64,000 nt of DNA, taken from Zootoca vivipara. Lineage: Eukaryota. Below, piece after piece: positions 13,103-24,820 of the stretch. Each line of letters begins with the position of its first letter. The stretch's first letter is position 1. The notes below the pieces were generated by a model. That model had not been told where the DNA came from. It saw nothing but the letters and a program-made list of their open reading frames with translations, and made no database searches. The DNA is taken from positions 44,826,001-44,890,000 of the forward strand of contig NC_083280.1 in NCBI RefSeq assembly GCF_963506605.1. Direction: 5' to 3'. Made by a program: the position numbers and the translations under genes.

Positions 13103-14512
13103 GTGAGTGATGCCTCTCTTGACCCTTCCATCTTCTAGGCACATCTGAACCCAGGAGGGAATGCTCTAATCTGTCTTTGTATACGATACACAGCCTTGAT
13201 GTTGCTGGTCAAAGTCGTGCTTTGAACTAGAAATCCAAATATCATTGAAAGGGTGAGGGTGGGAAAGGTAGGGATGTTCCATGCAATGGTTTTCTCAGGG
13301 GCCAAGTTTGTTTTTGCTGTATGTTATTGTTTAAGATCAGTCTCTTTGGATTTGATCATTACTTGTCACCAGTTAGCTACCCTGAGACTAAGGCAAATTC
13401 TAAAAAAAAACCATACAATTCTGCAGTCACATGTAATTTCTTCTATATATATAAAAGTGAAGTAGAAAGTAGCAGTTCTGGAATAAATCAGACTGTCTTG
13501 AGCCTCCCCAGCCCCTAGGCACATGGCTTTCAAAGCAGAGGAGAGTGATCCTAAAAAGAAAGGGCAGTTTGTTAAGGGTAATTCTTCTTATTCCTGCAGT
13601 GCGGTTGATCCCAGAGTAACCATGGGGCAATTTATGGTCTCAGAATAGGAAGGAAGGTTTTTCTTTTTCTTTGTCTTGTTTTTGATACCTGTCTTTCAAA
13701 TAAGTAACAGTTGGGTGTTACACTTGGAAATACTTGGATGATGTGTTTTCATGACTTAGGGAAACACATGATGTCCAGGTTTGCAACCTTTAACTCTTGA
13801 TATTTCAGGCTAGACGCCTCTTCTTCTCTTCCTCCTGCCCCAATAGACAGTGTTGCCTCTGACTTCTCACTGTCCCTTGCAGCCCTGCTCTACTTGGAAG
13901 TACTGTCCACTAAATCTTTGGGAAGGACTTACTTTCAATTGACAAATTGTACAGGGTCTGCAACTTTTTAGTCTGATTCTTAAGCGTATTTGCTTGCGGC
14001 ATTTTCAGGGGCTCACTCATATGTAACATGGCATAGGTTTTCAGCCACAGCCATCGTCTTTTGGTCTCTGTATTTCCTCTGTATTTCTTTCTGTGTGTCC
14101 AGATACAATCCCAGTGCCTGTCAGGAAAGCTCTTATTACTCTCTGTAAGAAACCTTAAATGTACATGCTATGTTTTCAGAGTGACTATGACTCAGCAAAG
14201 ATAGTACTCCTGTCAACCCCCCTCTTAAAAACACTTTCACTTTGGGGTTGCAGTAACTGGCAACACATGGGAGGGGAAAACATTGCTCTATAAGTTGGCT
14301 GTAGTTTGGCTTCAGCTGGAGTGCTTTTCCATTTTCGAAAGGGATTCGGAGTGTGTGTGTGTCCGTGTCCGTGGGTTAAGCATGCAAAGAAAAGATAACG
14401 CAGCTGAGCTTGACACAAAGAAGGCTTCGGATAGGGAACTAGATTTGACACCCAAAATAGTGGCTGTTGTGAAGAAGGAGGTGAATAGGCTGTATGCCAG
14501 GATCACAATCCT

Positions 14513-14880
14513 CAGGGGTGGGAAACCTTAGGCTCAGGGGGCTAGATGTGGCCCTCCAGACCTTTCTAATGGCACTTGGGATTCTGCCCCCACCCATAGC
14601 CCTCCCTCCCTCCACATTTTATTTTAGTGTTTCTGCTTAGGTAGAGTATATACTTGAAGTGCAAAAATGCCTCTTGCTGGCCCGGAGGGAGAGAGGTGTG
14701 GCTGGGCATATAAAGTGTTTTATTTGTAGAGAAAGCTCTGGCTTTTGTGTGGCTGTAATGTAGACAGTCACACCCATTGCTCTGCCCACTTTTGCCTTTG
14801 GTGCCGCCTACCCCTGGCATGCCGTGCCCCTCCCCACTGAAAGAATGCCCAAGGACGAATGCAGCAGCAGCAGCCCCCTG
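14513..14880. mobile_element. Degenerate hAT-type non-autonomous DNA transposon
   Basis: Start caggggtgggaaacctt...tgtggccctcc and end cagccccctg; no clear TSD. Confidence 0.45.
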
Positions 14881-16093
14881 GCTATACACAGTTCCATGGA
14901 GGTAAGTCCCACTGAGTTCAACGGGACTTACTTCTGAGCAGGCATGTATAGGATTGCAGTGTGAGGCTAGGATAAGAAGCAGGGGGTTCAAATTGCAGCC
15001 TTCCAAATCTAGGATAAATATTGAAAGTGGGGGTGGAGGGTGAAGAACCCTCCTGAATTCTAAAAGCAGTTTGGCAGTAAATCTATTTACCTTTGGCAGA
15101 GATGGAGCTTCCTTCTCTGGGAATTTTGAAGAATAAGCCGAATGGAAATCTGTCAAAGGTGGTTTAAATCTAGGGATATCGGGGAATTGAAGTCAGCTCC
15201 CTGATTCTCTGAGTCTGCAAAGAGAATAGGCTATGCTGAAAATGTCTTATATTCCAAGTTGATGATCAAGAAGCCTTCGAGAAGCTACTAAATATGAGCA
15301 TTGATCTGCAACTAGTTTTGCCGAAGGGTGTAAAAGTGCAGGGCAAGCACAAGGCTGGACAGCAGAAAAACCAAGAATAGGGTGGAAATATTGCTAACTA
15401 TTGCAGGAGGTTCAAAAAGAGAGAGAAAAGAACGACTATTGCGGAACAAGAAGTTACAGTGGTTTAATGAAACTTTCCCCAACCCAAAGCACTCCAGATG
15501 TTTGGCAGTTCAGTGCCATTAGCCCTAGACAGGACAGCAGCTGTAATCAAAAATATCATTAGGACACAAGGTTGAGGAGAGATTGCTTGATGGGTCAAAA
15601 AGGTAATGATCTTCCAGGCAGAGGGAGCAAGCAACATCTCAGAAGGTATGAATATGAGATTGGGAAAACAAATGGCAGAGCTCATAGAACACTAGTTGGC
15701 TCTAGAGGTTTCTTGGTGTTTGCTTGGCTGACATCACCACCAGAGTACCTTAAAATCCTGGTCTGGATTTTCAGCCATATGTGGATTTGAAAAATTGAAT
15801 TGCACATTAAGCATCACCTGGCAAAGAAACTGCAGTGAGAATCCATCTCAGCTTTGTCGTCTCCAAGTGTTGTAGTTCTCTCCACCCCCTTATCCCTTGG
15901 TTTCTTAGCCCCTGGACTCTGCTAAATTATTCCCCTAATGATACAGAGCATCCCAAGTCTGGACTTGCCTAGCAAGCAGGGTGTGAGATAATTCTTGGTT
16001 GGCACAGGACACTTAATACAACCAGACATTCACCTTATACCTTGTGTGGCTGGAATAGGCCAGGGGGTGGGAAAATTAGGGAAATGGTTAAAG

Positions 16094-16229
16094 CAGGCAC
16101 CCCCAAACTTTGGCCCTCCAGATGTTTTGGACTACAATCCCCATCATCCCTGACCACTGGTCCTATTATCTAGGGATCATGGGAGTTGTAGGCTAAAACA
16201 TCTGGAGGGCTGCAGTTTGGGGATGCCTG
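16094..16229. mobile_element. hAT-type palindromic MITE (136 bp)
   Basis: TIRs caggcacccccaaact / agtttggggatgcctg; perfect 8-bp TSD ggttaaag. Confidence 0.92.
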
Positions 16230-16961
16230 GGTTAAAGGGTTGTGGCTATAAAGCGTAACCTTTGAGCTCCTGGGATATTTCCCCAAAAGCCAGATTCTGC
16301 ATCAAAAACACTTCCAACTCAATTATGCGAATACAAGAAGCAATGCATATTAGCACCATCTTCAGATTTTTGGCACTAGACTGTGGATATGCCATTTTGT
16401 GAAACTTGTATTTTCTGTTTATTTGTTTAGTGTAAGAACTGAAGACTGGCAGGCAGTTCTGAGTTCTAAAACAGGAAAGGTCTAGAATGTTGCCTTTTTC
16501 TGTAGTGTTTGGCCCTATGCAGGTCTTGTCTGCCAGATTACTGTATAGAGGACATTATGTGGTCACAGATTTGCTGGTTCCACATGCCTCCGAAGATCAT
16601 TCTCTTACTTTTAGTACTTGGTGAGTTTATCCTCAAACAAAACCCCTTAACTTACTTCCATGTCGGGTTTGTTTACATAGTGGAAGAACTAAGAGAACAG
16701 TGAGCAAAATGCCAGGGAAATCTGTAAATGATTGGCGACTCTTTCCCCCAGCTTGTGTTCTTGTGCTTTTTAATATGTGGTTGTGAGGTCAGACCTTCCT
16801 TTGACATTCTTTGCCGGGGCCTATATTGTTGCATGGAAAACTGGGCAATTGGATCTCTGCTGGGGTGGTGGTGGTTGCTTCTAGTTGGCTCACGGAACTT
16901 GGAAAAGAGGGCTGCCTTCTTGTTCAAGGTGTCAGCACTTTGTCTTCTCTGTTTCCTTCAG

Positions 16962-17569
16962 GTCCCTTCAGCACCTCGGTGCCGTTCCTGCAGAGCATCC
17001 CTATGTACCCTTGCAGTGTCAGTAACTCAGGAGCCGAGAAGCGCAAGCACTCCACAGCTTTCCCGGAAGCCAGCTTCTTGGAGCCCTCCTCGGGACCTGT
17101 GGCCAGCCAGTATGTGAGCCAGGGGGCTTCGGCTGGTGAAGGCCAGTCAGCACAACCCATGGTGCCTTGTAGCTCCACCCAGCACATAGTAGGACTTCCC
17201 AGTGGCCCCCAACCAGTTCACTCTGGCTCGATGTTCAACCCTTCTCACTACCCCAACAGCACATCATCTCAGCAGTCTGTGCTGTCTCAGTATGGTGGGC
17301 GCAAAATCCTTGTCTGCTCGGTGGACAACTGTTACTGTTCCTCAGTATCCAATCACAGCGGGCATCAACCGTACCCACGGTCAGGCCACTTTCCATGGAC
17401 AGTGTCGTCGCAGGAATATTCCCACCCCCTCCCACCTGCTCCCTCCGTACCTCAGTCGCTTCCGGGATTGGCAGTGAGAGAATGGATTGATGCATCTCAG
17501 CAACATGGACGCCAGGATTTCTATAGAGTTTATGGTCAGCCTTCCACCAAACACTATGTCACCAGTTAA
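16962..17569 (+). CDS. TRIM8: TRIM8 terminal coding exon 6 (Pro/Ser-rich C-terminus, GPFSTSVPFLQS...KRKH...STKHYVTS*)
   Basis: Acceptor gtttccttcag; phase 1; TAA at 17567-17569. Contains the TRIM8 motifs EKRKHSTAFPE, CSVDNCYCSS and the YGQPSTKHYVTS terminus. Confidence 0.97.
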
Positions 17570-18256
17570 CCATCTGGTTTGGATAGAATCTTTACTGATT
17601 TTTTGAAAGGTTTTTTTTTTTTAAATCTAGCTTTTGTTGTCGTCGTTTTTAAATCAAACCCATTTCCATTATTCCCTACCACTTGCCAGAATCTGAGAGG
17701 GGCATTGCTGTCATCTCTGTCTTTAATTTAATTTTTTTTTAAATCTTCCTTTGTATCAGGATGGGCGGGAGGGTGGGGGAAGCTGTGGGGAGAAATTAAC
17801 AAGGATATCAATCAAGCATCTATTTCTGGATCATGTGACATTGCTACTTTCCGGTTTGGAAAACTTTTAAAGGGACAGATGATCCTTTTCTATTTCAAAG
17901 TCTCTGGGCTCTTTTGGTTTTGCTTTTTAAAATTCTTTTTCGCCTCCCATTTTTTTAAGAGGAGAAAATTTCTATCATTGATTCATTAAGAAATGACATT
18001 TGTAGATTTTTTTTAAAAAAGGCTGATTTTTTTGTGTTAAAAGACCACGTATTGTGCATATTGGCATTTTTTTTCCTTCTTCTTTCAGAGATTTGTAAAT
18101 ACACAATGGCAGGAAATGAAATGCACAAAAAAAGGGAAAAGAAACTTTTAAAAAATGAAATAAAAAAAAAAATCTGTTTTAGTTTCCAGGAGGGAAGTGT
18201 GTGTCAAGATGCGCACATTCCTTCCTGTGTTTCGTTGATGCAACTTCCTCTAACAA

Positions 18257-18263
18257 GCACTTT
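18257..18263 (+). promoter_or_regulatory. miR-17/20/93/106 family 7mer-m8 seed match GCACTTT in the TRIM8 3' UTR
   Basis: Seen in sequence. Mammalian TRIM8 is a reported target of miR-17-5p and miR-106b-5p. Confidence 0.55.
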
Positions 18264-18347
18264 GTATTAAAAAAAAGTGGACTTCCTGTTATAAGGTGCA
18301 GGTATTTATTCTGTAACCAATTTTAGAACACACACAAAAAATATTCA

Positions 18348-18353
18348 AATAAA
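18348..18353 (+). terminator. Likely TRIM8 polyadenylation signal AATAAA (a second AATAAA lies at 18159-18164)
   Basis: Canonical hexamer followed about 20-30 nt later by a GU-rich element. Confidence 0.65.
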
Positions 18354-19827
18354 TGTGATCACTTAGTGCACATGCTTTGTTCTGCTTTGCCTCCGTGGGC
18401 ACTATTTCAACCAACGCCTCATCTGGGAACAGGAAAACGTTACTCAAACAGAAAACTGACAGCATTTAAAAATAGTTCGCACTCTGCTTCATGTGCTCCC
18501 TTTGGAATAATCTCGATTAGAAATGCAAGTCTCAGGTAACTGTTAAAGAAGGCTAGTCAAATATGCTGCGCATTATCCTGCACCTTCTGGAGTAAATCAG
18601 CAATATAGTTTGGATATAATCATTGAATTGAACATGAATTGGTGTAAAAAGGTATATGTAACTTACAGGTATTTAGAAATAAGATGCACAGCACGTGACA
18701 AATGCGTTCTTATGCTCCTCACCTGCTAGGCCTTGATTAAAAATGTGAGACTCGATTAAATTAAGAAAGATGTAACTCTTCATACAGGATATTTTGGCCA
18801 GTGCATTGCAGTGCAGTATATGTCACACTCTTTGGCTTCCCAAACATCTCTTCTTTCATTTAAAATACCATTTTCTAATTCATTTGGTAGCATTGTTTGC
18901 AAGAGTTCATGACTATACTAGAGATGCAGTTTTTAAACCATTAGTGAACATTAATGTATAGCTCTGTTGTACGACATGTAGGATACAGTCTAATGTACCC
19001 TGTCATCAAACGCAGTGAGTCTTGCCTCTGAGTGTATTTGCACTGGGTTGCACTATTGGTCAGTCCTTTTTTTTTACCTGGAGTTTAAATTCACCATCCC
19101 TTTGAACTCCAAGTATAAAACAACTCCTTTTCACCCCTGCTTTTGCTTCTGTCTTTTTGTAAAAGACAAATGATTGGGGCTGAGAGAGAAGTGATTCACA
19201 CAAGGCCATAAATAGTAAGCATGGGTAAGTAAATAGGTATTGATGGGGACTGGAGCTTAAACCTCAAATGCTATAATCATCTACATCATCCCCGCAAACC
19301 CAATTCCCCTTCCAAAGCTTCATCCTCACTTTCATTTTCCCCTCTGCTTTCTCTACACGAAAGAAAGAAAATCATCCGTTTTTTTTCTCTCTCATGCAGG
19401 TCCATTTCCCCATCAGCAGCCAGATCCTATGCATTAATGCCTGGGCCTCTGTTATCTTCCTTCCATCTGCAGTGTAAAAGAGTAGGAAAATAAAGACAAT
19501 AAAAATTCAAAATATGTGCAGCCAATGAATTTGCAGTCACACCAGTGCCAGCATCAACCAGCCTGTCTGCCTGACTCAACAATGGAAGCACCATGTGGCA
19601 CTCATGGTTTGTAGAAATAGGCAAAGAGAGTGAACCAATTTTATGCACTGAGTTTCAAGCATCCTGTTTTTATTTAGGTTTTGTGCATGCACATGGACTT
19701 TTAATGGTTTGGTTCACCCTAAAGAACAGGGCCAAATCACAGCCTCATTTTTTGTTTGTTTTTTGCTCTCAAGATGGCACTTGAGTATGCCACTTTTGAA
19801 TCAAATTGCCTCAACATATAGTGATAT

Positions 19828-19846
19828 ATTATTATTATTATTATTA

Positions 19847-19888
<42 letters not shown>
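19828..19888. repeat. (TAT)n microsatellite, probably the tail of an old L2-like element extending to about 20100
   Basis: Repeat seen directly; the downstream gaaggtgcc...aggcagggattt resembles other L2 3' fragments here. Confidence 0.8.
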
Positions 19889-21079
19889 TACACTTATGCT
19901 GTTTGACTGTACTAAAATCTAAGTGCTTTACAAGAAATATTAAAAGGCTATAAATAAAAACAGCTAAACAAAATTTTTAAGATAATTAAAATTAACAGTA
20001 AGAGATATTAAAACGTGGCTAGATCTGCCTAAACTAAATTATTCTATTCAGGGGATGAAAAGAGCACAGTGAAGGTGCCTGACTGGTGTCAATAGGCAGG
20101 GATTTGTAGTTGTTTCCATATTCTCATCCATCTGGTATGTCTGGAAAAGTTTGAAGAGGCAATGATTAGTCTATCAATTTCTAGCAATCTGTGGTTTAGC
20201 TTTCTTTGGCCATGATTCCTAATCCCCTGAAGTTCATCCCATTAATATCTTAAGAGACTTGTGGATAGTAAGGGAATATCCAGCTTCTGCCCATCTCCAC
20301 AGCCATTTATGTGCACATGGCTGGACTAACCATCTCAATATCTGTCCTAGACAAGTGGTTCTATTTGATTCATTACTTTTTGTCAACTTTGATCAAATTT
20401 GGCTTTCCAAAATGCTAGGGTGGTGATGGTGCTGAGTAGTGGCTTGCAGTTACAGAGCTTCCATCCTTCTCTTGATGCAGTGCAATTAGTCGGAATAAGG
20501 AATGTGACCAGTCAGGTATATGGGATGAGTTTGGGCTGTGGCCTCTTACATAAGTTTCTATCTTTCTTGATCCGGCAGGGGAAAAGGCAACCATGATTAC
20601 TCCCAAATGGCACACCTAGAGACCTGCTTTCTTTGGCATGTGTGGGAGAGAAGGGGGATGACAGGATCAGATAGTTAACCTGTGAAGGATATGCTCCTTC
20701 CTTATCTCCTGATCCACTGGGAAATTTAAAGGTACATGGGACAAGCGACAATCAGAGGGGCAAAAGTAGATAAAACAGCCAGTTGTGTCTCTGTTTCAAG
20801 TGCAAGTCTGCACCAAGTATGCAAAGTTTCCCTCCAACAACACAATTTTCCCCATAGCTGGACCTGACTGGAGAAAAAGCCTCTGAGAGAACAGTGTTGG
20901 GAATAATTGGCAGGCAAAATGATTTTTTGTTTGGATTTATTTCATTTTTTTAAATTAAAATGCATGTACAGCAGAAGTATTACAAGATCAACACATATAA
21001 GAAATACACACATTCATTCTCTCTCAAATTGCAGTAGGCATGGCTGGGATCCACCCTGTGGGAAGGCAAAGCTTGTCTC

Positions 21080-21192
21080 AGGTGTGGTGAGTGAACCTTT
21101 GTACCTCCAGATGTTGCTGAACTTGACCCATCACCCCTGCTTGCTAGAGTTGTAGTTCAGCAACATCTGGAGGGCCAAAAGTGCACTACACC
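21080..21192. mobile_element. Older hAT-type palindromic MITE
   Basis: Inverted arms cctccagatgttgctgaact / agttcagcaacatctggagg. Confidence 0.65.
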
Positions 21193-21651
21193 GAGCCCCT
21201 CCAAATAAAAACATTTTCAGTAAGTGTGGCACCATCAGAAGAACCTACCTGCCATGATGACAGCGGTGACTGACCCAGAGTATGGGGAAGGAGGCAATTC
21301 CTAATCCCAAGTTATTAACCACTTTAAATGCTAGCACCAAAACCCTAAATGTGGTTTTGTAGCATATTGCCAGCCTGTGCAGGTGTGTGTTGCCTGCTGA
21401 CTGCCGGCCATGCCAGTTTGCTGCAGCTTCTGGACCAGCCTTAAGGGCAGTCCCACACAGAGCTCATCACAGTAACTTGAGTCTTAAGGTTGCCATTTTA
21501 GAAGGAGGTGTGCTGCTATTGCAGCTACTGCTTTCAAAGTGCAATTGTGTACGTGGAGTTTAATGGCGCTTATTCCCAAGGAAGCATATAGGATTGCTTC
21601 TGCTTCTGAGATGACGATGTCAGGGCCTTCACATATTGCATCATGTAAGAT

Positions 21652-21787
21652 CAGGCATCCCCAAACTTCGGCCCTCCAGATGTTTTGGCCTACAACTCCC
21701 ATGATCCCTAGCTAACAGGACTAGTGGTTGGGGAAGATGGGAATTGTAGTCCAAAACATCTGGAGGGCCGAAGTTTGGGGATGCCTG
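21652..21787. mobile_element. hAT-type palindromic MITE (136 bp)
   Basis: Near-perfect TIR arms caggcatccccaaacttcggccctccagatgttttgg; 8-bp TSD tgtaagat. Confidence 0.93.
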
Positions 21788-22750
21788 TGTAAGATGATGC
21801 AGTCGAGAGAGGTGTATTGTAATGGGATAGTTGGGAGCAGATTTGTGCATCACAAGCATAGAAACTGAACACAAGGTGACCGTGTATAATAATGGCAATG
21901 TATGTGTCCAAAACCCAACAATAAAAACAGCCATTTGTTTTTTTAATACATTTCTAGAAAGAAAATTGGTGTAAGCCACTTCTAAACACTGAACAGAGGG
22001 AACAGCTTAGTCACAATGGCTATGTTGTTCTTCCCTCATCAGAGGCAGTGTGCCACTGAAGTATCGTTGCTGGGAATCACAAGTGAGGGGACATGCAGGG
22101 GATTCTGTATTTAAGCCTGTAATGCCATTTCAAAGGGAACAGGAGTTACTCCCTTTCCCACAACTTAATGGAAAAGGCCCGACCTCCAGATCTCTGTTAA
22201 TCCAAGGGCTGGTTTGAATCTGACCCAAGCGCTAGTCTCTTTCCAGATTATGTGCTTTATGGCTGCCTCTGCTGTGGTGCAGTGGTTGGAAAACCACATA
22301 GCAGTAATTTGAACTTTCCAGGCTCTTTCCCTGATCAACAAATCAGGGAATGAATGGATCTTGGTATGATTCCAAAATGATAGGTCCCATATAGTGTTGC
22401 CAACTCCCCTTTGTCTTGGACAACTGCCAGGTTGTGACAAATTCCAAAGCAGCTGCCTTCCCTCTTCACCGCTACCTCCCTTTGAGAAAAACGAGACTTC
22501 TCACTAAGGTGTCTGTTAAAAGCAGGTGAGAGTCTCTTGACTGGCTAGCTAGACATGGCAAACCACAGGACTGGGTGTAGTTTCAGTTGTTAACAGGTAG
22601 GTTTGCAGACCTAGGGCATTCTGGCACCTTTAAAGAAGTATATAATTCTGTATGATGCCACATTTCTTCATTCACAATTCACCTTTGCACTTAAGCCTTT
22701 GCACAACTTTCTAGTGCCCATTCCGTGCTTGTAACTCATCCCATAACTAA

Positions 22751-22924
22751 GGCTGTATACACAAAATACATTTAAAGTGGATTTGAAGCGCATTATTTCC
22801 CTCAAAGAATTCTGGCCACTGTGCCACAATTCCCGTAAACCCCTCACAAACTACAGTGTGCAGAATTCTTTGAAGGAAATAATGTGCTTCAAACCCACTT
22901 TAAATGTATTTTGTGTACACAGCC
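22751..22924. mobile_element. PIF/Harbinger-like fold-back MITE
   Basis: About 60-bp inverted arms ggctgtatacacaaaatacatttaaagtgg / ccactttaaatgtattttgtgtacacagcc, flanked by TAA on both sides. Confidence 0.8.
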
Positions 22925-24309
22925 TAAGCCCATGTAACTCAAAACAGTTGCATTTTCTTCCCCTATTTACATATTCTGTTGTCAAATTTTAGATATTAAG
23001 CTCCTTGGAGAAGGGACCTCTGCTCTTGTAAGGCAGCTTGTACACTGATAGTTGTATAAACATTTGTAAACAAACAATAAACAGAGAAAACAGAATTTCC
23101 CCAGGTGCAGCTCTTTTAACCAGACCTACAAATATGAAAGAAGCTGCACCTGGTGCAATTTAGCCGGCTATGCACCTGGTAAAGGTACAGGAACCTTCTC
23201 AAGGTCTCTAGACCAACAAACTCAAGTTGAAAACAGCTCTGAGGAAGTTTATTCAATTGCTGGAACTGGGAAGGGTGTCTGAATCTGTTAATTGATTGGA
23301 ATGTCAAATAGGAGAGGCTTTACGGAGACCCCAGCTGAAAAGGGCCTGTTTTTTAGGGATGGACTAAGTAGCCCGGAAGATAGAAAGTGAATATGATCTT
23401 AACAGAAACATTAAAAGGTTGAAGGAGTGTGAGAGAGGAAGTAGGAAGCCCTTTCTACAGCCAGTAGCTAATAACTTCCCTAAAACTAGGATACTTTCCA
23501 GCAAGATCCTGGGGCTCCTGATTGGTGAGTGCTATGGTTTTATTTCTAAATCAGTGTTCAAAACTCCCATTGTTCTAGGGCGCATTTTGCAACAGGGAAT
23601 TTCATTAGTGTGAGCAGTTTCTGAGCTCTGGGCGCAGTACTAAGATTTCAGATTAAAACTGCAGAGTGGAAGGAAAGGAGGACCCTTTTCTGCCTCCCCA
23701 CTTCCAGCTACTCTCCAAAGACTGGAGAAGAGACCCTATTAGGGGGGTGGGCAGGGTAAGGACTAGACCGCGTGACAAATGAACATAATATTTTAACTGC
23801 AGTTCATTCATTTTCAGCTTTGTATTCTAGTTATGAAAAACCTGGACACTCCATTGTTGCACCTCGGCTTAAGGTGCATTTAGCTCCTAGCTTGCATATC
23901 TCAGTTTCTAACACGGTTCTAAGTTGATAGTTTTTCTACATGGCACAATGGGGGGCAGGGGCAAAGTGTTTGACATGTTGACTGCTCTGTTTGACTTTTC
24001 AGAAGCAATTTGATACCAGTAGCTTGTTTTAGATTTAGAGGCAGTGCAGTGCTACAACCATCTAAACCCAGGGTCTTTTAGCTCTAATTTAGCACTGCAT
24101 AACAAAAAAGGCTGAGCTAGCTGAACCTAGAGGTCTTCATACATGATTTGTTGTTCTCAACCAAAGCTGATACTCTCCTCTCTCAAATCTACAGCAGAGG
24201 TACTGGGCAAGTGTTACTGACATGCTTATTTATTTAAAAGTTTTCTATCCTGCTCTTTTGCTAATGGTGTAAGCAATTACAAAACCAACATATTAAAATT
24301 ATATCAATG

Positions 24310-24429
24310 CAGGGTTTCCCAAATAGGTCTCAAGTTGTTGTTGGACCACAACTCCCATCATCCCTAGCTAGCAAGACCAGGAGTCAGGGATGATGGGAAC
24401 AGCTTGAGACCCAAGTTTGGGATATCCTG
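24310..24429. mobile_element. hAT-type MITE, degenerate
   Basis: cagggtttcccaaa ... tttgggatatcctg with the same core as 6353-6490; imperfect TSD tatcaatg / ctccaatg. Confidence 0.7.
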
Positions 24430-24495
24430 CTCCAATGCAACACACAATAGGAAATTCATATAGAAACAGCAACAGAATTGTGCACTGAGAACTTG

Positions 24496-24820
24496 AATAA
24501 TGATAATAATAAATAATAACAATAATTTATTATTTGTATCCCACTCATCTGGCTGGGTTTCCCCAGCCACTCTGGGCAGCTTTCAACAGAACATTAAAAA
24601 CCAAATAAAACTTCAAACATTAAAAACTTCCCTAACCAAGGCTGCCTTCAGATGTCTTCTAAAAGCCAGATAGCTTATTTCCTTGACATCTGATGAGAGG
24701 GCGTTCCATAGGGCAGGTGCCACCGAGAAGGCCCTCTGCCTGGTTCCCTGTAACCTCACTTTTCGCAGTGTGGGAACCGCCAGAAGGCCCTCGGCACTGG
24801 ACCTCAGTGTCCAGGCTGAA
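24496..24820 (-). mobile_element. L2-like LINE 3' fragment
   Basis: (AAT)n tail, hairpin tggctgggtttccccagcca, and gagggcgttccataggg...gagaaggccctctg; same family as 63434-63655. Confidence 0.7.

Larger units (their letters stand above)
17570..18372 (+). other. TRIM8: TRIM8 3' UTR (approximate end)
   Basis: U/A-rich, repeat-free sequence after the stop codon, ending near AATAAA at 18348 with a downstream GU/U-rich stretch (tgctttgttctgctttg). Confidence 0.7.

Noticed and set aside
14566-15156. 196-aa minus-strand ORF
   Set aside because: Spans hAT and palindromic repeat remnants in an intron; no recognisable domain.
16811-16961. N-terminal 50 aa of the 252-aa ORF
   Set aside because: Intronic read-through upstream of the exon 6 acceptor; not part of the canonical TRIM8 protein.
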